Source of the DNA: a bacterium
GTDB lineage: Bacteria; Zixibacteria; MSB-5A5; WJJR01
Reading direction: 5' to 3'
Assembly (NCBI GenBank): GCA_021813505.1
Contig: JAKAKI010000073.1
Coordinates: forward strand, 45,851-109,850
Length of the DNA stretch: 64,000 nucleotides
How positions within the stretch are numbered: position 1 is the first letter of the stretch; each line of letters starts with the position of its first letter. Positions 1 to 9,632 of this stretch are shown here, one piece after another. Below the pieces are notes generated by a model, which did no database searches, was not told where the DNA came from, and was given only the letters and a program-made list of their open reading frames with translations. The translations under genes were made by a program, and so were the position numbers.

Positions 1-31
1 TGTTGTCTGCGCCGGCACAGCCTTTGGCGCT

Positions 32-3000
32 GTGATCCATGTCCCTTCCGATCAGCCTGCGATTCAGGCTGGTATAGACGCATCCTCCAGCGGTGACGTG
101 ATTCTTGTTGCCCCCGGCACATATTCCGAGAATATTGATTTTAAGGGCAAGACGATCGTGCTGATATCGGAGGCGGGCCCCGCATCGACAATTCTGCGGC
201 CGGCCGACAACTGGCTACCCACTGTCAGCATTCAGGGTTATGTGGGCGAAATGCCGGAGATATCGGGATTCACACTGACGGGATCACGCTCCCGTGTCAT
301 TGTGATCGGATCGTCCGCCAGCCCCACAATCTCCCGCAATGTCTTCGTCGACAACCCCAACGTGATGGATGTTGCCATCTATTCGGACGGAGCAAATCCC
401 CTGATTTTATTCAATCTGTTTGTTCGCAGTGCAAATATCAGTGCCGTCGGGATCTACAACGGAAGCGCAACGATTGTCAACAATACGTTCGACGGCAACC
501 GTCGCGGCTTCTTTACGATATCGGGCGCGGGGGTGGCGCGGAATAACATCGTCACCAATTCGCTCGAATACGGGGTGTACGGCAACTTCACCGAATTCGA
601 CTACAACGACATTTGGAACAACCACCCCGATTACGAAGGTGGCGCCATTTCTGGCCCCCACGATATTTCGCAGAACCCTGCCTTCCAGGCACCGTCATCT
701 CTGGACTACACTCTTCAACCCGGTTCACCGTGTATCGACGCGGGTGATCCGTCACCCCAGTTCAATGATCCGGACGGATCGCGCAGCGACATGGGATACG
801 CGTCGCTCGGCGGGTTGCCGCGTGCCGCCATTCCCCACCTGGTGCAAGAGGACCCGTTGCACGTGTTGGGCCACACTCCAACATTCGAGTGGGTGTTCGT
901 GGATAACGCCAATCTTCAATCCGCCTACGAAATCGAGGTTGGCACGGACCTGTCATGGGATGTGGTGGAAATGTGGAGCACGGGTGTGGTCGTTTCCGCG
1001 GCCTCCTCCGTGGTGTATTCCGGCCTCCCGCTCGTAGACGGCGCCGGCTATTACTGGAGAATCCGACTCTCAAATGGCACGGCCTGGGGAGACTGGAAGA
1101 CTTCGTTCTTCCGAATGAATTCACCGCCCTCAGTTCCGGTTCCAAATCGACCGCTCGATGGCGCCAGCGCCAGAGTCAAGGCGCTACGGCTTTTCGTAAA
1201 CAACTCGACGGACGCCGAAGCTGATCCGCTCGTTTACGATTTCGAGATCTACAGCGACCCCGCCATGACGCTGCTGGTTGGAAGTCAAACGGGAGTCACG
1301 CAGACAGCATCGCCCACGTCCTCTGCCCCGTTCCCGCCGCTGCCGGATTTCCCTGAGTATTGGTGGAGAGCAAGGGTGTCCGACGGATTCCAGTATTCCG
1401 ATTGGACGGCGCCGCTCAGGTTTACGCCACGAACCGGCCCGATTCTGGTCCCTTCGGAGCAGCCCACGATCCAGTCGGGGCTCGACGTGGCGATGCAGAA
1501 TGACACCGTGCTCGTGGCACCAGGCACGTACAGGGAGTATCTGACTCTCAACCTGAGGGCCATCACGCTGATGTCGACAGGGGGCCCATCACTCACCACG
1601 ATCACCACCCAGAGCGGCCCCAATCTGTATCTGTCCAATATTCAAGGTGAGACTCCATTCTCTCTGAAGGGATTCACCATAGCCGGGAATGGCACCGGTG
1701 TGGCAGCCGAGAATTCAAGGTTCACCATCGAGGAATGCAACTTCGAGGGCCGGGGCTATTTGGTGCATTTCTCGGGTTATTCGTCGAACGGGACGATTCG
1801 CGGCTGCAGATTCATCAGTGCTCAGCCCGGCAGTGGTATCGGTATCCTCGTCGACAACCTGGCGACCCTGGTGCTGGCACGATGCCTGTTCGTCAAACTG
1901 AATTATGGGGTTTTGATGTCGTCCGGGGTTGCAACACTGACGAACAATACTTTTGATCAGAACCAGTGCGGAGTCCTCAGCCAATATGCGACCGTGACTG
2001 CCAGAAACAACATTATCGCGAACAGCGTGAACGCCGGTTTTGCATCCGGATCCATCTCATCCGACTACAATGACCTGTGGAACAATCATCCGAATTATGA
2101 GAGCGGCGCCGTTGCTGGCGCCCACGATATCGATCTGGATCCGCGATTTCGTGATCCCGCAGGATTGGACTATTCCCTGATGCCCATTTCACCCTGTATC
2201 AATGCCGGTGATCCGGACCCTCAGTATCTGGATCCCGACGGAACGCGCAACGATTTGGGTGCCTACCCTCTGCTTTACGGTTTGCCTACCAGTGCGTACC
2301 TGAATCTGGGGCCGGAGAACGCGAATCACGTGGTGAGCCATACGCCCTCATTCCACTGGTCATTTCTCGACTCGGTGGGATCGCAAGTGGGGTACGAGTT
2401 GGAAGTGGGCACGGACACGATTTGGAATGCGGCGGAATTGTGGGCGACTGGCCCGGTGATTGCGCCCGATTCGGTTGTGCCGTACAGTGGCGCACCGCTG
2501 ACTGATGGCTCCACATGCTACTGGCGGCTGCGTCTTTACAATGGAACGATTTGGGGGGGATGGCGCGAGGCGGGCTTTCACATGAATTCCATCCCTTCGG
2601 TTCCGCTGGCCGATTCGCCGACAGGCGGCGTGCGCACATGTCCAGCGAGATTGCGTCTGTACATCGATATCAGCACAGACGCGGAGGCCGATCGGCTGGG
2701 ATATGATTTCCAGATCTTCGGAGATGCGGCTTTGGCGAACAGGATCACGTCTCAATCCAATGTGCCGGAAGATGGTATACCCACAGGGTCGCAGGAGTTT
2801 GATCTGCCGGGACAACCTGCAGATTACTGGTGGCGGGCACGCGCGTACGACGGTTACGAGCACTCCGCCTGGACTGTGGCGGAACACTTTGTCATTCGGC
2901 CGGCACTGCTTCACGTGCCGGCGGACTGGCCCACACCAGCGGCCGCCATTGCGGCATCGTGTTCTGGCGATACCGTGCTTCTGGCACACGGCACCTACTC

Positions 3001-5029
3001 GGGTGGAATCGATCCTCTGGGCAAGGAGATCGTCATTGCTGGCGAACTCCCGCTGGGATCCACGATTGTCACCAACGTTCCCTACGCGCCGCCCATCACG
3101 ATCATGCGCGGCGAGGGCATTCGCATGATTGTCCGCGACCTGGCGATCTCCGGAGGTTGGGAGGCGGCGGGAATTCTGATTTCCGGGGCGTCACCCTCGA
3201 TCATCAATAACCTCATCACGACCAACTACGGTGGCGGCTTTGGCGGAGGAATACGAATTCAGGGCGGAGGCGGACCGGTGATCCGGGGGAATCGAATCAC
3301 AGGGAACTCCGCGCTGCAGGCGGGCGGCGGGATTTACGTCGGAACAGGAACCTCGGCGATCATCGATCAAAACGTGATCACCGGGAATCAAGCCGGCAAT
3401 GGGTCGGCGCTCGCGCAGGAAGGTGGAGGGAATCTGCTGGTGATCGGAAATACGATGTCAGCAAACTTCGCATCGGCCACACCAGGAGGCGCTGTCTTCA
3501 CTTCGCAACGGTCCGGCGGGGGCTCCAATTTCCGCTTCGAGCACAATACGATCGCCGGAAACACCTCATGGGCGGGACAAGGCGCTGGAATTGTCTGTGA
3601 CTACTCAAACGGCGGTGAGATTACCAACAACATCATCGCCTTCAACAATGGCGGGTACGGCGTTTATGCCTGCGGGAAAGCGGGCGCCTCACCTGTGGTT
3701 CAGTTCAATGATCTCTGGTGGAATGATTCCGGACCCTACGGATGTGTCACGCCCGACACCGGCAACATCTTTGCGGATCCCCGCTTCTGCGATACCTCGC
3801 TACAGGATTTTCAACTGGCGGCAAACTCGCCCTGCCTGGGGAGTGGCGCCGATAGCACGACCATCGGGGCACTCGGACAGGGTTGCGCTACCGCCTCTCC
3901 CCTCATGCCCGTCTGCAAGGACATTAGAGTTGATCCGCCGAGACCTCCCGAGCATGTGGTGAATAAGACGCCCCAGATTCAGTGGACCTACACCGATCCG
4001 GGCTCCCGGCCGCACCAATGCTCGGAAATTCAGGTGGGCACAGACAATGATTGGACTCTGGTGGAAATGTGGGCACCGCCGGTGATTTTGGGCCCCCAAA
4101 CGGCCATCATTTACAGCGGCCTCCCTCTTTCCGAGGGCCAATGGTACACCGTCCGCGTACGCGTGCGGAACGACACCCTGTGGAGCAATTGGGTTCAATC
4201 TGCGTTTCGCCTGAATTCCAAGCCCACAGCTCCCGCGCTCTATACCCCGGGGAACAATGTCGCCCTGGCAACGGCACGGCCCACGCTGACCATTCAGGCA
4301 TCCGCCGACGGGGACAATGACTCGCTGACGTACACATTCGTCGTGTACTCCGACAGCACCCTCAACACCCCGGTGGATTCGGTGGCGGGGACATCCTCAC
4401 TGATCTGGACGACCGACTCGCTGACCCGCGAGAACCAAAAGCACTGGTGGCGTGTGCGGGCGAACGATGGATTCGAATCGAGCGACTGGTCCCCGGTTCG
4501 GTCGTTCTGGGTCAACGCGATCAAAGAACCGCCGACGGCATTTAATCTGCGCACCCCGAACGATGGTGTCGCCCTCTACACGCCCCATCCGGCATTTGCG
4601 TGGGACCCGCCTGCCGATCCGGATCCGCGCACGGTGTATTCATACACGATCACGATTTCGCTCAATCCAACTTTCACGTTCACGCAGGATATGTCGACAT
4701 TCGCGACGTCGTTTACGTGGCCCGAATCGTTGTACATTCGCGCCACTTACTGGTGGAGGGTGAGCGCGGATGACCACAACGGCGACACGATTACGTCACC
4801 GGTTCGGCGATTGGTGCTCGCGTGGCCTGGCGATTTGACGGGTGACCGGCTGACAGATGTCTTTGACGTGATTATGTTGATTGGGTACGCGTTTGGCGGT
4901 GGCGATGCCCCCAGCCCATTGAATCTGGGGGACGTGAATGGAGACTGCGTGATCGACGTTCTGGATGTCATTGATCTGATCCGTTACGTTTTCGAGGACG
5001 GGCCTGAGCCAGTCGCGGGATGCCTGTGA
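32..5029 (+). CDS. Giant secreted tandem-repeat protein (1665 aa) with three ~480-aa units (right-handed beta-helix plus Fn3-like modules) and a C-terminal double dockerin-like module. It is possibly 5'-partial: the frame is open back to base 2 and a GTG start is used.
   Basis: Long ORF. The motif 'PxxQPTIQxGxDxAxxxDxVLVAPGTY' recurs at aa ~1, ~480 and ~960. 'NNI(I/V)xNS' and 'DYNDLWNNHP(D/N)YE' beta-helix rungs repeat. 'YWWRARV' Fn3-like cores repeat. The C-terminus has 'GDVNGDCVIDVLDVIDLIRYVFEDGPEP'. There is no in-frame stop between base 2 and base 32. Confidence 0.8.
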   Translation: MIHVPSDQPAIQAGIDASSSGDVILVAPGTYSENIDFKGKTIVLISEAGPASTILRPADNWLPTVSIQGYVGEMPEISGFTLTGSRSRVIVIGSSASPTISRNVFVDNPNVMDVAIYSDGANPLILFNLFVRSANISAVGIYNGSATIVNNTFDGNRRGFFTISGAGVARNNIVTNSLEYGVYGNFTEFDYNDIWNNHPDYEGGAISGPHDISQNPAFQAPSSLDYTLQPGSPCIDAGDPSPQFNDPDGSRSDMGYASLGGLPRAAIPHLVQEDPLHVLGHTPTFEWVFVDNANLQSAYEIEVGTDLSWDVVEMWSTGVVVSAASSVVYSGLPLVDGAGYYWRIRLSNGTAWGDWKTSFFRMNSPPSVPVPNRPLDGASARVKALRLFVNNSTDAEADPLVYDFEIYSDPAMTLLVGSQTGVTQTASPTSSAPFPPLPDFPEYWWRARVSDGFQYSDWTAPLRFTPRTGPILVPSEQPTIQSGLDVAMQNDTVLVAPGTYREYLTLNLRAITLMSTGGPSLTTITTQSGPNLYLSNIQGETPFSLKGFTIAGNGTGVAAENSRFTIEECNFEGRGYLVHFSGYSSNGTIRGCRFISAQPGSGIGILVDNLATLVLARCLFVKLNYGVLMSSGVATLTNNTFDQNQCGVLSQYATVTARNNIIANSVNAGFASGSISSDYNDLWNNHPNYESGAVAGAHDIDLDPRFRDPAGLDYSLMPISPCINAGDPDPQYLDPDGTRNDLGAYPLLYGLPTSAYLNLGPENANHVVSHTPSFHWSFLDSVGSQVGYELEVGTDTIWNAAELWATGPVIAPDSVVPYSGAPLTDGSTCYWRLRLYNGTIWGGWREAGFHMNSIPSVPLADSPTGGVRTCPARLRLYIDISTDAEADRLGYDFQIFGDAALANRITSQSNVPEDGIPTGSQEFDLPGQPADYWWRARAYDGYEHSAWTVAEHFVIRPALLHVPADWPTPAAAIAASCSGDTVLLAHGTYSGGIDPLGKEIVIAGELPLGSTIVTNVPYAPPITIMRGEGIRMIVRDLAISGGWEAAGILISGASPSIINNLITTNYGGGFGGGIRIQGGGGPVIRGNRITGNSALQAGGGIYVGTGTSAIIDQNVITGNQAGNGSALAQEGGGNLLVIGNTMSANFASATPGGAVFTSQRSGGGSNFRFEHNTIAGNTSWAGQGAGIVCDYSNGGEITNNIIAFNNGGYGVYACGKAGASPVVQFNDLWWNDSGPYGCVTPDTGNIFADPRFCDTSLQDFQLAANSPCLGSGADSTTIGALGQGCATASPLMPVCKDIRVDPPRPPEHVVNKTPQIQWTYTDPGSRPHQCSEIQVGTDNDWTLVEMWAPPVILGPQTAIIYSGLPLSEGQWYTVRVRVRNDTLWSNWVQSAFRLNSKPTAPALYTPGNNVALATARPTLTIQASADGDNDSLTYTFVVYSDSTLNTPVDSVAGTSSLIWTTDSLTRENQKHWWRVRANDGFESSDWSPVRSFWVNAIKEPPTAFNLRTPNDGVALYTPHPAFAWDPPADPDPRTVYSYTITISLNPTFTFTQDMSTFATSFTWPESLYIRATYWWRVSADDHNGDTITSPVRRLVLAWPGDLTGDRLTDVFDVIMLIGYAFGGGDAPSPLNLGDVNGDCVIDVLDVIDLIRYVFEDGPEPVAGCL

Positions 5030-5268
5030 GGCATGCGGCTGCTGGTGGGAAATCGCCTCGCGCTAGGGATCTGATCGCAGTAATCAAGCATGCTTTCAGT
5101 TATGGCCCGTCGGCGGCATCGCGCTGCCCGTAGACGCCGTTTGTGGACTTTCGCCTCCCCCCTCCCATGCCGGACGGCCGGCGGCCGCATCCAGATTCCA
5201 TTGTCTACAAGTCAACTCGCCTGCGTACCAGAGGTGTGACAGATTCCACCGATTGGGAGGGTAGACAC

Positions 5269-6009
5269 ATGGGAAGTTTCGCCACCGTCCGGCGTTTGAT
5301 CGCTCTGGCCCTGGTCGTGCCGCTTGCGCTCGTCAGTTGCCAAAAGAAGTCGGCCTCGAATTCGAACGGAAGCGCCGAATGGGATATCGACGCGAACGGA
5401 ATTCCGAAGTTTGTCCAAACGAACTACACCGACCTGGGCGCTATTGACCGGATCTCGCGCTTCCGTTCCGCGTATGGCCACGACTACACACATGACGACC
5501 ACTTGGAGCATTGCCGGAGCATGAAGCATTACTTCTGGCCCAAAGGTGGCGACCCTGGATGGTCACACAATCCTTCGTGGACGACAATCCCGATTCGGTC
5601 TCCGATCGCGGGAACAGTGACACGGCTGATGCCCGAGTTCGCCGGAACACAGATTTGGATCGGCTCGGACGCGTACCCGGCGTTCGAATTCCGCATTTTC
5701 CACGTGGGCATCTCCCCCGCGCTCCTCGAGGGGGACAAGGTTTCCGAGGGGCAGGTTCTGGGACATCATGGCGGAGACGAAACCATGATGGATATCGCGG
5801 TGCGGGTGGCGACGCCAAGTGGATGGCGGTTGATTTCGTACTTTGACGTCATGACTGACGGGCTATTTCAATCCTACGTCTCGCGTGGCGTCATCTCCCG
5901 CAGCCAGCTCATAATCACAAAGGCGGAGCGAGATGCTGATTCACTGACATGCTCCGGGGAACAGTTTATCACGACAGGCCAGTTGGAGAACTGGGTGCCG
6001 TTAAATTGA
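5269..6009 (+). CDS. Hypothetical lipoprotein (247 aa).
   Basis: ATG at 5269 is preceded by GGGAGG. The signal peptide plus lipobox reads 'LALVSCQ'. Coding periodicity is present. No recognisable catalytic motif. Confidence 0.6.
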   Translation: MGSFATVRRLIALALVVPLALVSCQKKSASNSNGSAEWDIDANGIPKFVQTNYTDLGAIDRISRFRSAYGHDYTHDDHLEHCRSMKHYFWPKGGDPGWSHNPSWTTIPIRSPIAGTVTRLMPEFAGTQIWIGSDAYPAFEFRIFHVGISPALLEGDKVSEGQVLGHHGGDETMMDIAVRVATPSGWRLISYFDVMTDGLFQSYVSRGVISRSQLIITKAERDADSLTCSGEQFITTGQLENWVPLN

Positions 6010-6042
6010 GCGCGGGCTCCATTAATGTGGCGCTCCTGCGCC

Positions 6043-6086
6043 TCGCGAAACACTGCAGATGCTACGCTCCCTGCGGTCGCTCAGCA
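6043..6086. repeat. Family F 40-bp intergenic repeat (copy 1). Copy 2 is at 50511-50553.
   Basis: 'cactgcagatgct[a/t]cgctccctgcggtcgctcagcatgaca' is 39/40 identical between the two loci. Confidence 0.65.
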
Positions 6087-6255
6087 TGACATCGTGGGGG
6101 CGTCGCTCTTCCGGTCGGTCATCGAGAGTCCGTGAATCCGCGTTCAAAGTCGCCCCTCCCCCTCTTGTGAATCCGCCGATTTCGGTTATCTTGCCGATAG
6201 GAAGATGTAGCCCCTGCCCCGGTGGTGCGGGACCGGGCTGGAAGGATGTACGGTT

Positions 6256-7437
6256 GTGAGAATCAGGATCCCCCGCTCGTTGCTGGCACTTTTGTGCTTG
6301 TCGATTGGGCTGCTGTTCGCGATTTCGACGGCCGCGTCATCGGTTCACGCACAGGGGAACATCTACGGAATTGTCCAAGGCACGAATCTGGTGAGTCCAC
6401 CAGCGACTGACCTTTGTTGGCTGGGGTTTCTTAATCACAGCGACCAGGAAATTCGGATTGAAACCAATACCGGCGCCGGCTACGACGGCACCAACTGGTT
6501 CGACGATTTTCAGAACTACACCAGCCACGCTGCCGGCATTCCGTACGATTACTATTTCGTCAACATCACCAATGGAGAGGCGCAACATCTCTCCAAAACG
6601 GTGCCGGCCAATTCTTTTCAACAGGAGAACATCCTCCTGGCGGTGGGGAGTTTCCCAGCGCGGCCGACCGGGCTGGTGGCGCGAGTGGCATCGACGCGAC
6701 GGATCATTCTCAGTTGGAACTCACAGCCGGGAATGACCTGCCATGTTTACCGGCGGGTCACGTCCAATGCCGGAGTGTTCCGGCGTATCGATGATCCGAT
6801 GGGATCTCTGGCCAATTTTGGGGTCACCGATTCGTTCTTCGTGGATAGCACATCGGATGGGATCAGCGATTACACGTATGTCCTCATCGCCCAGAATGCA
6901 TCGGGGAACTTCTCGGCGCACTCGGCAACGTCATCCGCACTCGCATCGGTGGCGAACACCCCGGCTGTTGCAGCAGTCATGCCGGATTCGGGTGCACCTG
7001 CCGGCGGGTATTTGGTCACGATCCGCGGGACGAATTTCGATATCGCCGGCGCGTCGGTGACGTTTCGCGGGATCGCGGCCACTAGCGTCACCGTGCAGTC
7101 ACCGTTCTCCCTGAGCTGCACTGTACCGGCAGGCTCACCGGGATTCGCGATCGTCGTCGTAACCAACACTTCGTCCGGAGTGGCCTCCTCACCACTGACG
7201 GCAGGTTTCCATTACGAGGGAAAGGCATTCACGCGGGGTGACGTGAATCTCGATGGGGCGATTGATGTCTTTGACAGTGCGTATTTGATCGAATTCATCT
7301 TCAGCGGCGGACCGGAGCCCATGCCGGTGGCCGAAGCCGGCAATGTCGATGGCGATCCGGATCACATCATCGACGTATTCGATCTTGTCTACCTGCTTGA
7401 GTACACGTTCAGTGGCGGGCCACCGCCCCCTCCATAG
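6256..7437 (+). CDS. Secreted Fn3/IPT-like domain protein with a C-terminal double dockerin-like module.
   Basis: N-terminal signal peptide. Ig-like/TIG-like segments ('PAVAAVMPDSGAPAGGYLVTIRGTNF'). C-terminal 'GDVNLDGAIDVFDSAYLIEFIFSGGPEP' and 'GNVDGDPDHIIDVFDLVYLLEYTFSGGPPPP'. Confidence 0.7.
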   Translation: MRIRIPRSLLALLCLSIGLLFAISTAASSVHAQGNIYGIVQGTNLVSPPATDLCWLGFLNHSDQEIRIETNTGAGYDGTNWFDDFQNYTSHAAGIPYDYYFVNITNGEAQHLSKTVPANSFQQENILLAVGSFPARPTGLVARVASTRRIILSWNSQPGMTCHVYRRVTSNAGVFRRIDDPMGSLANFGVTDSFFVDSTSDGISDYTYVLIAQNASGNFSAHSATSSALASVANTPAVAAVMPDSGAPAGGYLVTIRGTNFDIAGASVTFRGIAATSVTVQSPFSLSCTVPAGSPGFAIVVVTNTSSGVASSPLTAGFHYEGKAFTRGDVNLDGAIDVFDSAYLIEFIFSGGPEPMPVAEAGNVDGDPDHIIDVFDLVYLLEYTFSGGPPPPP

Positions 7438-7520
7438 TCCGCCAGAACGTTCCGGTCAGAACGCGATAGTGCAGGTCTCGCCGCACTGAGCACATCATTG
7501 CCGCAAACGGGCTTTTCGCA

Positions 7521-9236
7521 CTAACGAACCAGCAACATCTTGCGCGATAGGGTCTGGGCGCCTGAGGTCATGCGGGCGAAGTAGACTCCGGAAGCGAGCG
7601 GCTGACCCGACCTGTTGTCACCGTTCCACACAAGTTCATGCGTTCCGGAGTCTGCGCTACCGGAAAAGAGTGTGTTCACCATCCGACCGAGGATGTCGTA
7701 GACGGAAACGGTGACTCGCTCGCGTCCGTTGACAACGAACCGAATCACTGTTGACGGGTTGAACGGATTCGGCATGTTCGTCAGGTCGAGCGCGTATCGG
7801 ATGCTTCCCGGGGCAATGTCATCGAAGACGCCAGTGACGAGCGGAACCGTGAGATCGCACGACATCGACGCGGCAGACGCCGAGATATTGGTCACGGTGA
7901 CGTAACTCGGCGCACCGGAGTACGCGTTGGAACTGGGTGAGGTCGAGGCAGAGAAAGTCGCAGCGAGGGATGGTCCAGGGTAAGGATCGGCGGAGTCCCC
8001 CAGATTGATGTTCTTTTCCATCTGCCATAGATTGTCAGCTTGCTGCAGCGCCACCAGGTAATTTCCATTGGATGTATGGCCGGGGTACCACTCGGACATG
8101 TTCGACATGCGGCTTTCATCAATACGCCAGATGAGCAGCCCCGAGCCTGGAAGCGCGGCGTCGTAACCCAGCTTCTGCCGATTCTCCAGCAGAAAATACT
8201 CGCGTCCTCCCGTGCCCTCGATCGGCAACCGGTAAACAAAGCCCTGAGTCTCGTTGGCAGGGACAACCGCTCCTGCCACGCTGACCATGACATCGAGAGG
8301 CAGGATGATACCGAGCTGATACTTGCACCAGGCGTCGAGGTGGGCGGGTGAATTCCCCAGACGTCCGTTCCAGGCACCCGAGGCCATGAGCGACCACTTG
8401 CCCACGCCACGAGAGCTGCCGTCCAAGTCGTAGAGGTCGGGCAGACCCAACAGATGGCCGATCTCGTGGGCGAACACACCAATCGTTATGTCACCGGGAC
8501 GGTTCCAGAATTCCGGCTGGATCGTGTATGAACTGACATACACGCCGTCGCGCAGGCGGGGCATGATGCCCCACTTGTGTGACCAGATGTCATTGGTGGA
8601 GAAGGTGAATTCGGCCCCACGGCCCGTGTGCACGATGATGATTCCATCGACGAACTTGTCCCCGTCGTTGTCGTAGTCGGCGAAGTTGACGCACGAATCG
8701 ACTTTGTCCACCAGGTCCTCGCAGAGCTTTTGGGTATTGTGGGGATAGACGCCCATCCCGTAGTCCGCGTTGACATAGCTGGTGTAGCTGCTGTCGAGAT
8801 GGTGCCACCCGAGCGCGGAGGGCAAATTCACGGTGGTGATGGTGAGTGTGTGGTAGGTGATTTCATGGTAGAAGTCGCGCACCGAACCGGGATCATCGCT
8901 GAAGATCAGGGTATCGAACACGAGCGCCGGAACTGATGCCGGCTTGTCGGGGAAATCAACACAGATCGCCAGAATGTTGAAGTTGCCCACCCGTCGGATG
9001 CCGGCTGCCGGACCGCCATCGGGCTGATCGATGCCGCGTGCCGCAAACGATGCGCTCATTTGAGAGTAAAGACCGGCGCTGGCGCTAAGACCGGGTACGA
9101 TCGGATGCGAACTGTCGCCAGGGTAGGGCGGCATGGCATTGGCGTTGAAGAAGAGCCCCGACGCGCAGAGAATCAATATTCCCAGAAGACCGCCCGATCC
9201 AATGGGCAAGACACGCAAGCGATGCATTACGGGCAT
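7521..9236 (-). CDS. M6-family (immune inhibitor A-like) zinc metalloprotease with a T9SS-type C-terminal sorting domain.
   Basis: 'VFAHEIGHLLGLPDLYD' matches the HExxHxxGxxD zinc-binding motif of M6 peptidases. Signal peptide present. The C-terminus 'GVYFARMTSGAQTLSRKMLLVR' resembles a Por-secretion/FlgD-Ig tail. Confidence 0.75.
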   Translation of the reverse strand: MPVMHRLRVLPIGSGGLLGILILCASGLFFNANAMPPYPGDSSHPIVPGLSASAGLYSQMSASFAARGIDQPDGGPAAGIRRVGNFNILAICVDFPDKPASVPALVFDTLIFSDDPGSVRDFYHEITYHTLTITTVNLPSALGWHHLDSSYTSYVNADYGMGVYPHNTQKLCEDLVDKVDSCVNFADYDNDGDKFVDGIIIVHTGRGAEFTFSTNDIWSHKWGIMPRLRDGVYVSSYTIQPEFWNRPGDITIGVFAHEIGHLLGLPDLYDLDGSSRGVGKWSLMASGAWNGRLGNSPAHLDAWCKYQLGIILPLDVMVSVAGAVVPANETQGFVYRLPIEGTGGREYFLLENRQKLGYDAALPGSGLLIWRIDESRMSNMSEWYPGHTSNGNYLVALQQADNLWQMEKNINLGDSADPYPGPSLAATFSASTSPSSNAYSGAPSYVTVTNISASAASMSCDLTVPLVTGVFDDIAPGSIRYALDLTNMPNPFNPSTVIRFVVNGRERVTVSVYDILGRMVNTLFSGSADSGTHELVWNGDNRSGQPLASGVYFARMTSGAQTLSRKMLLVR

Positions 9237-9632
9237 CCTTTCCCGAAAGCCACTCCATTTTTGCGATGGGTGTCCCCCCCCCTCGCCTTACTCTCTTGTA
9301 ATCGGACGGAGGGTGTCCGGTTTCAAGCGATTATGTGATTTCTTTACTTTTCTTTTGAATCGCTCTAACGGCGATCCAAGTCGAACGGGTGTCCCAGCCA
9401 ATTCGGCAGGCGCCGACGGCAGCAGTACATCACATGAGGAGGTGTCGGGTGAGCCTCGCCCATCCGTATTCGCGGGAGCGACTCGGAGATTGACCCGCCA
9501 TACACCCGTAGCGGGCGGAAAATAATTCCAGCAGGACGCGCTGGAGCGGTATTATCTTCCCCGCCGTTGTTGAGAACTGCACCAGGGGTGGTGGCGGATT
9601 TACTTCATCAACTCAAAGCGAGGTTTACGGAC

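Noticed and set aside
5143-5268. Upstream extension of the lipoprotein ORF starting at 5143.
   Set aside because: The internal ATG at 5269 has a GGAGG RBS and is followed directly by a signal peptide. The extension is Pro/Arg-rich without coding character.
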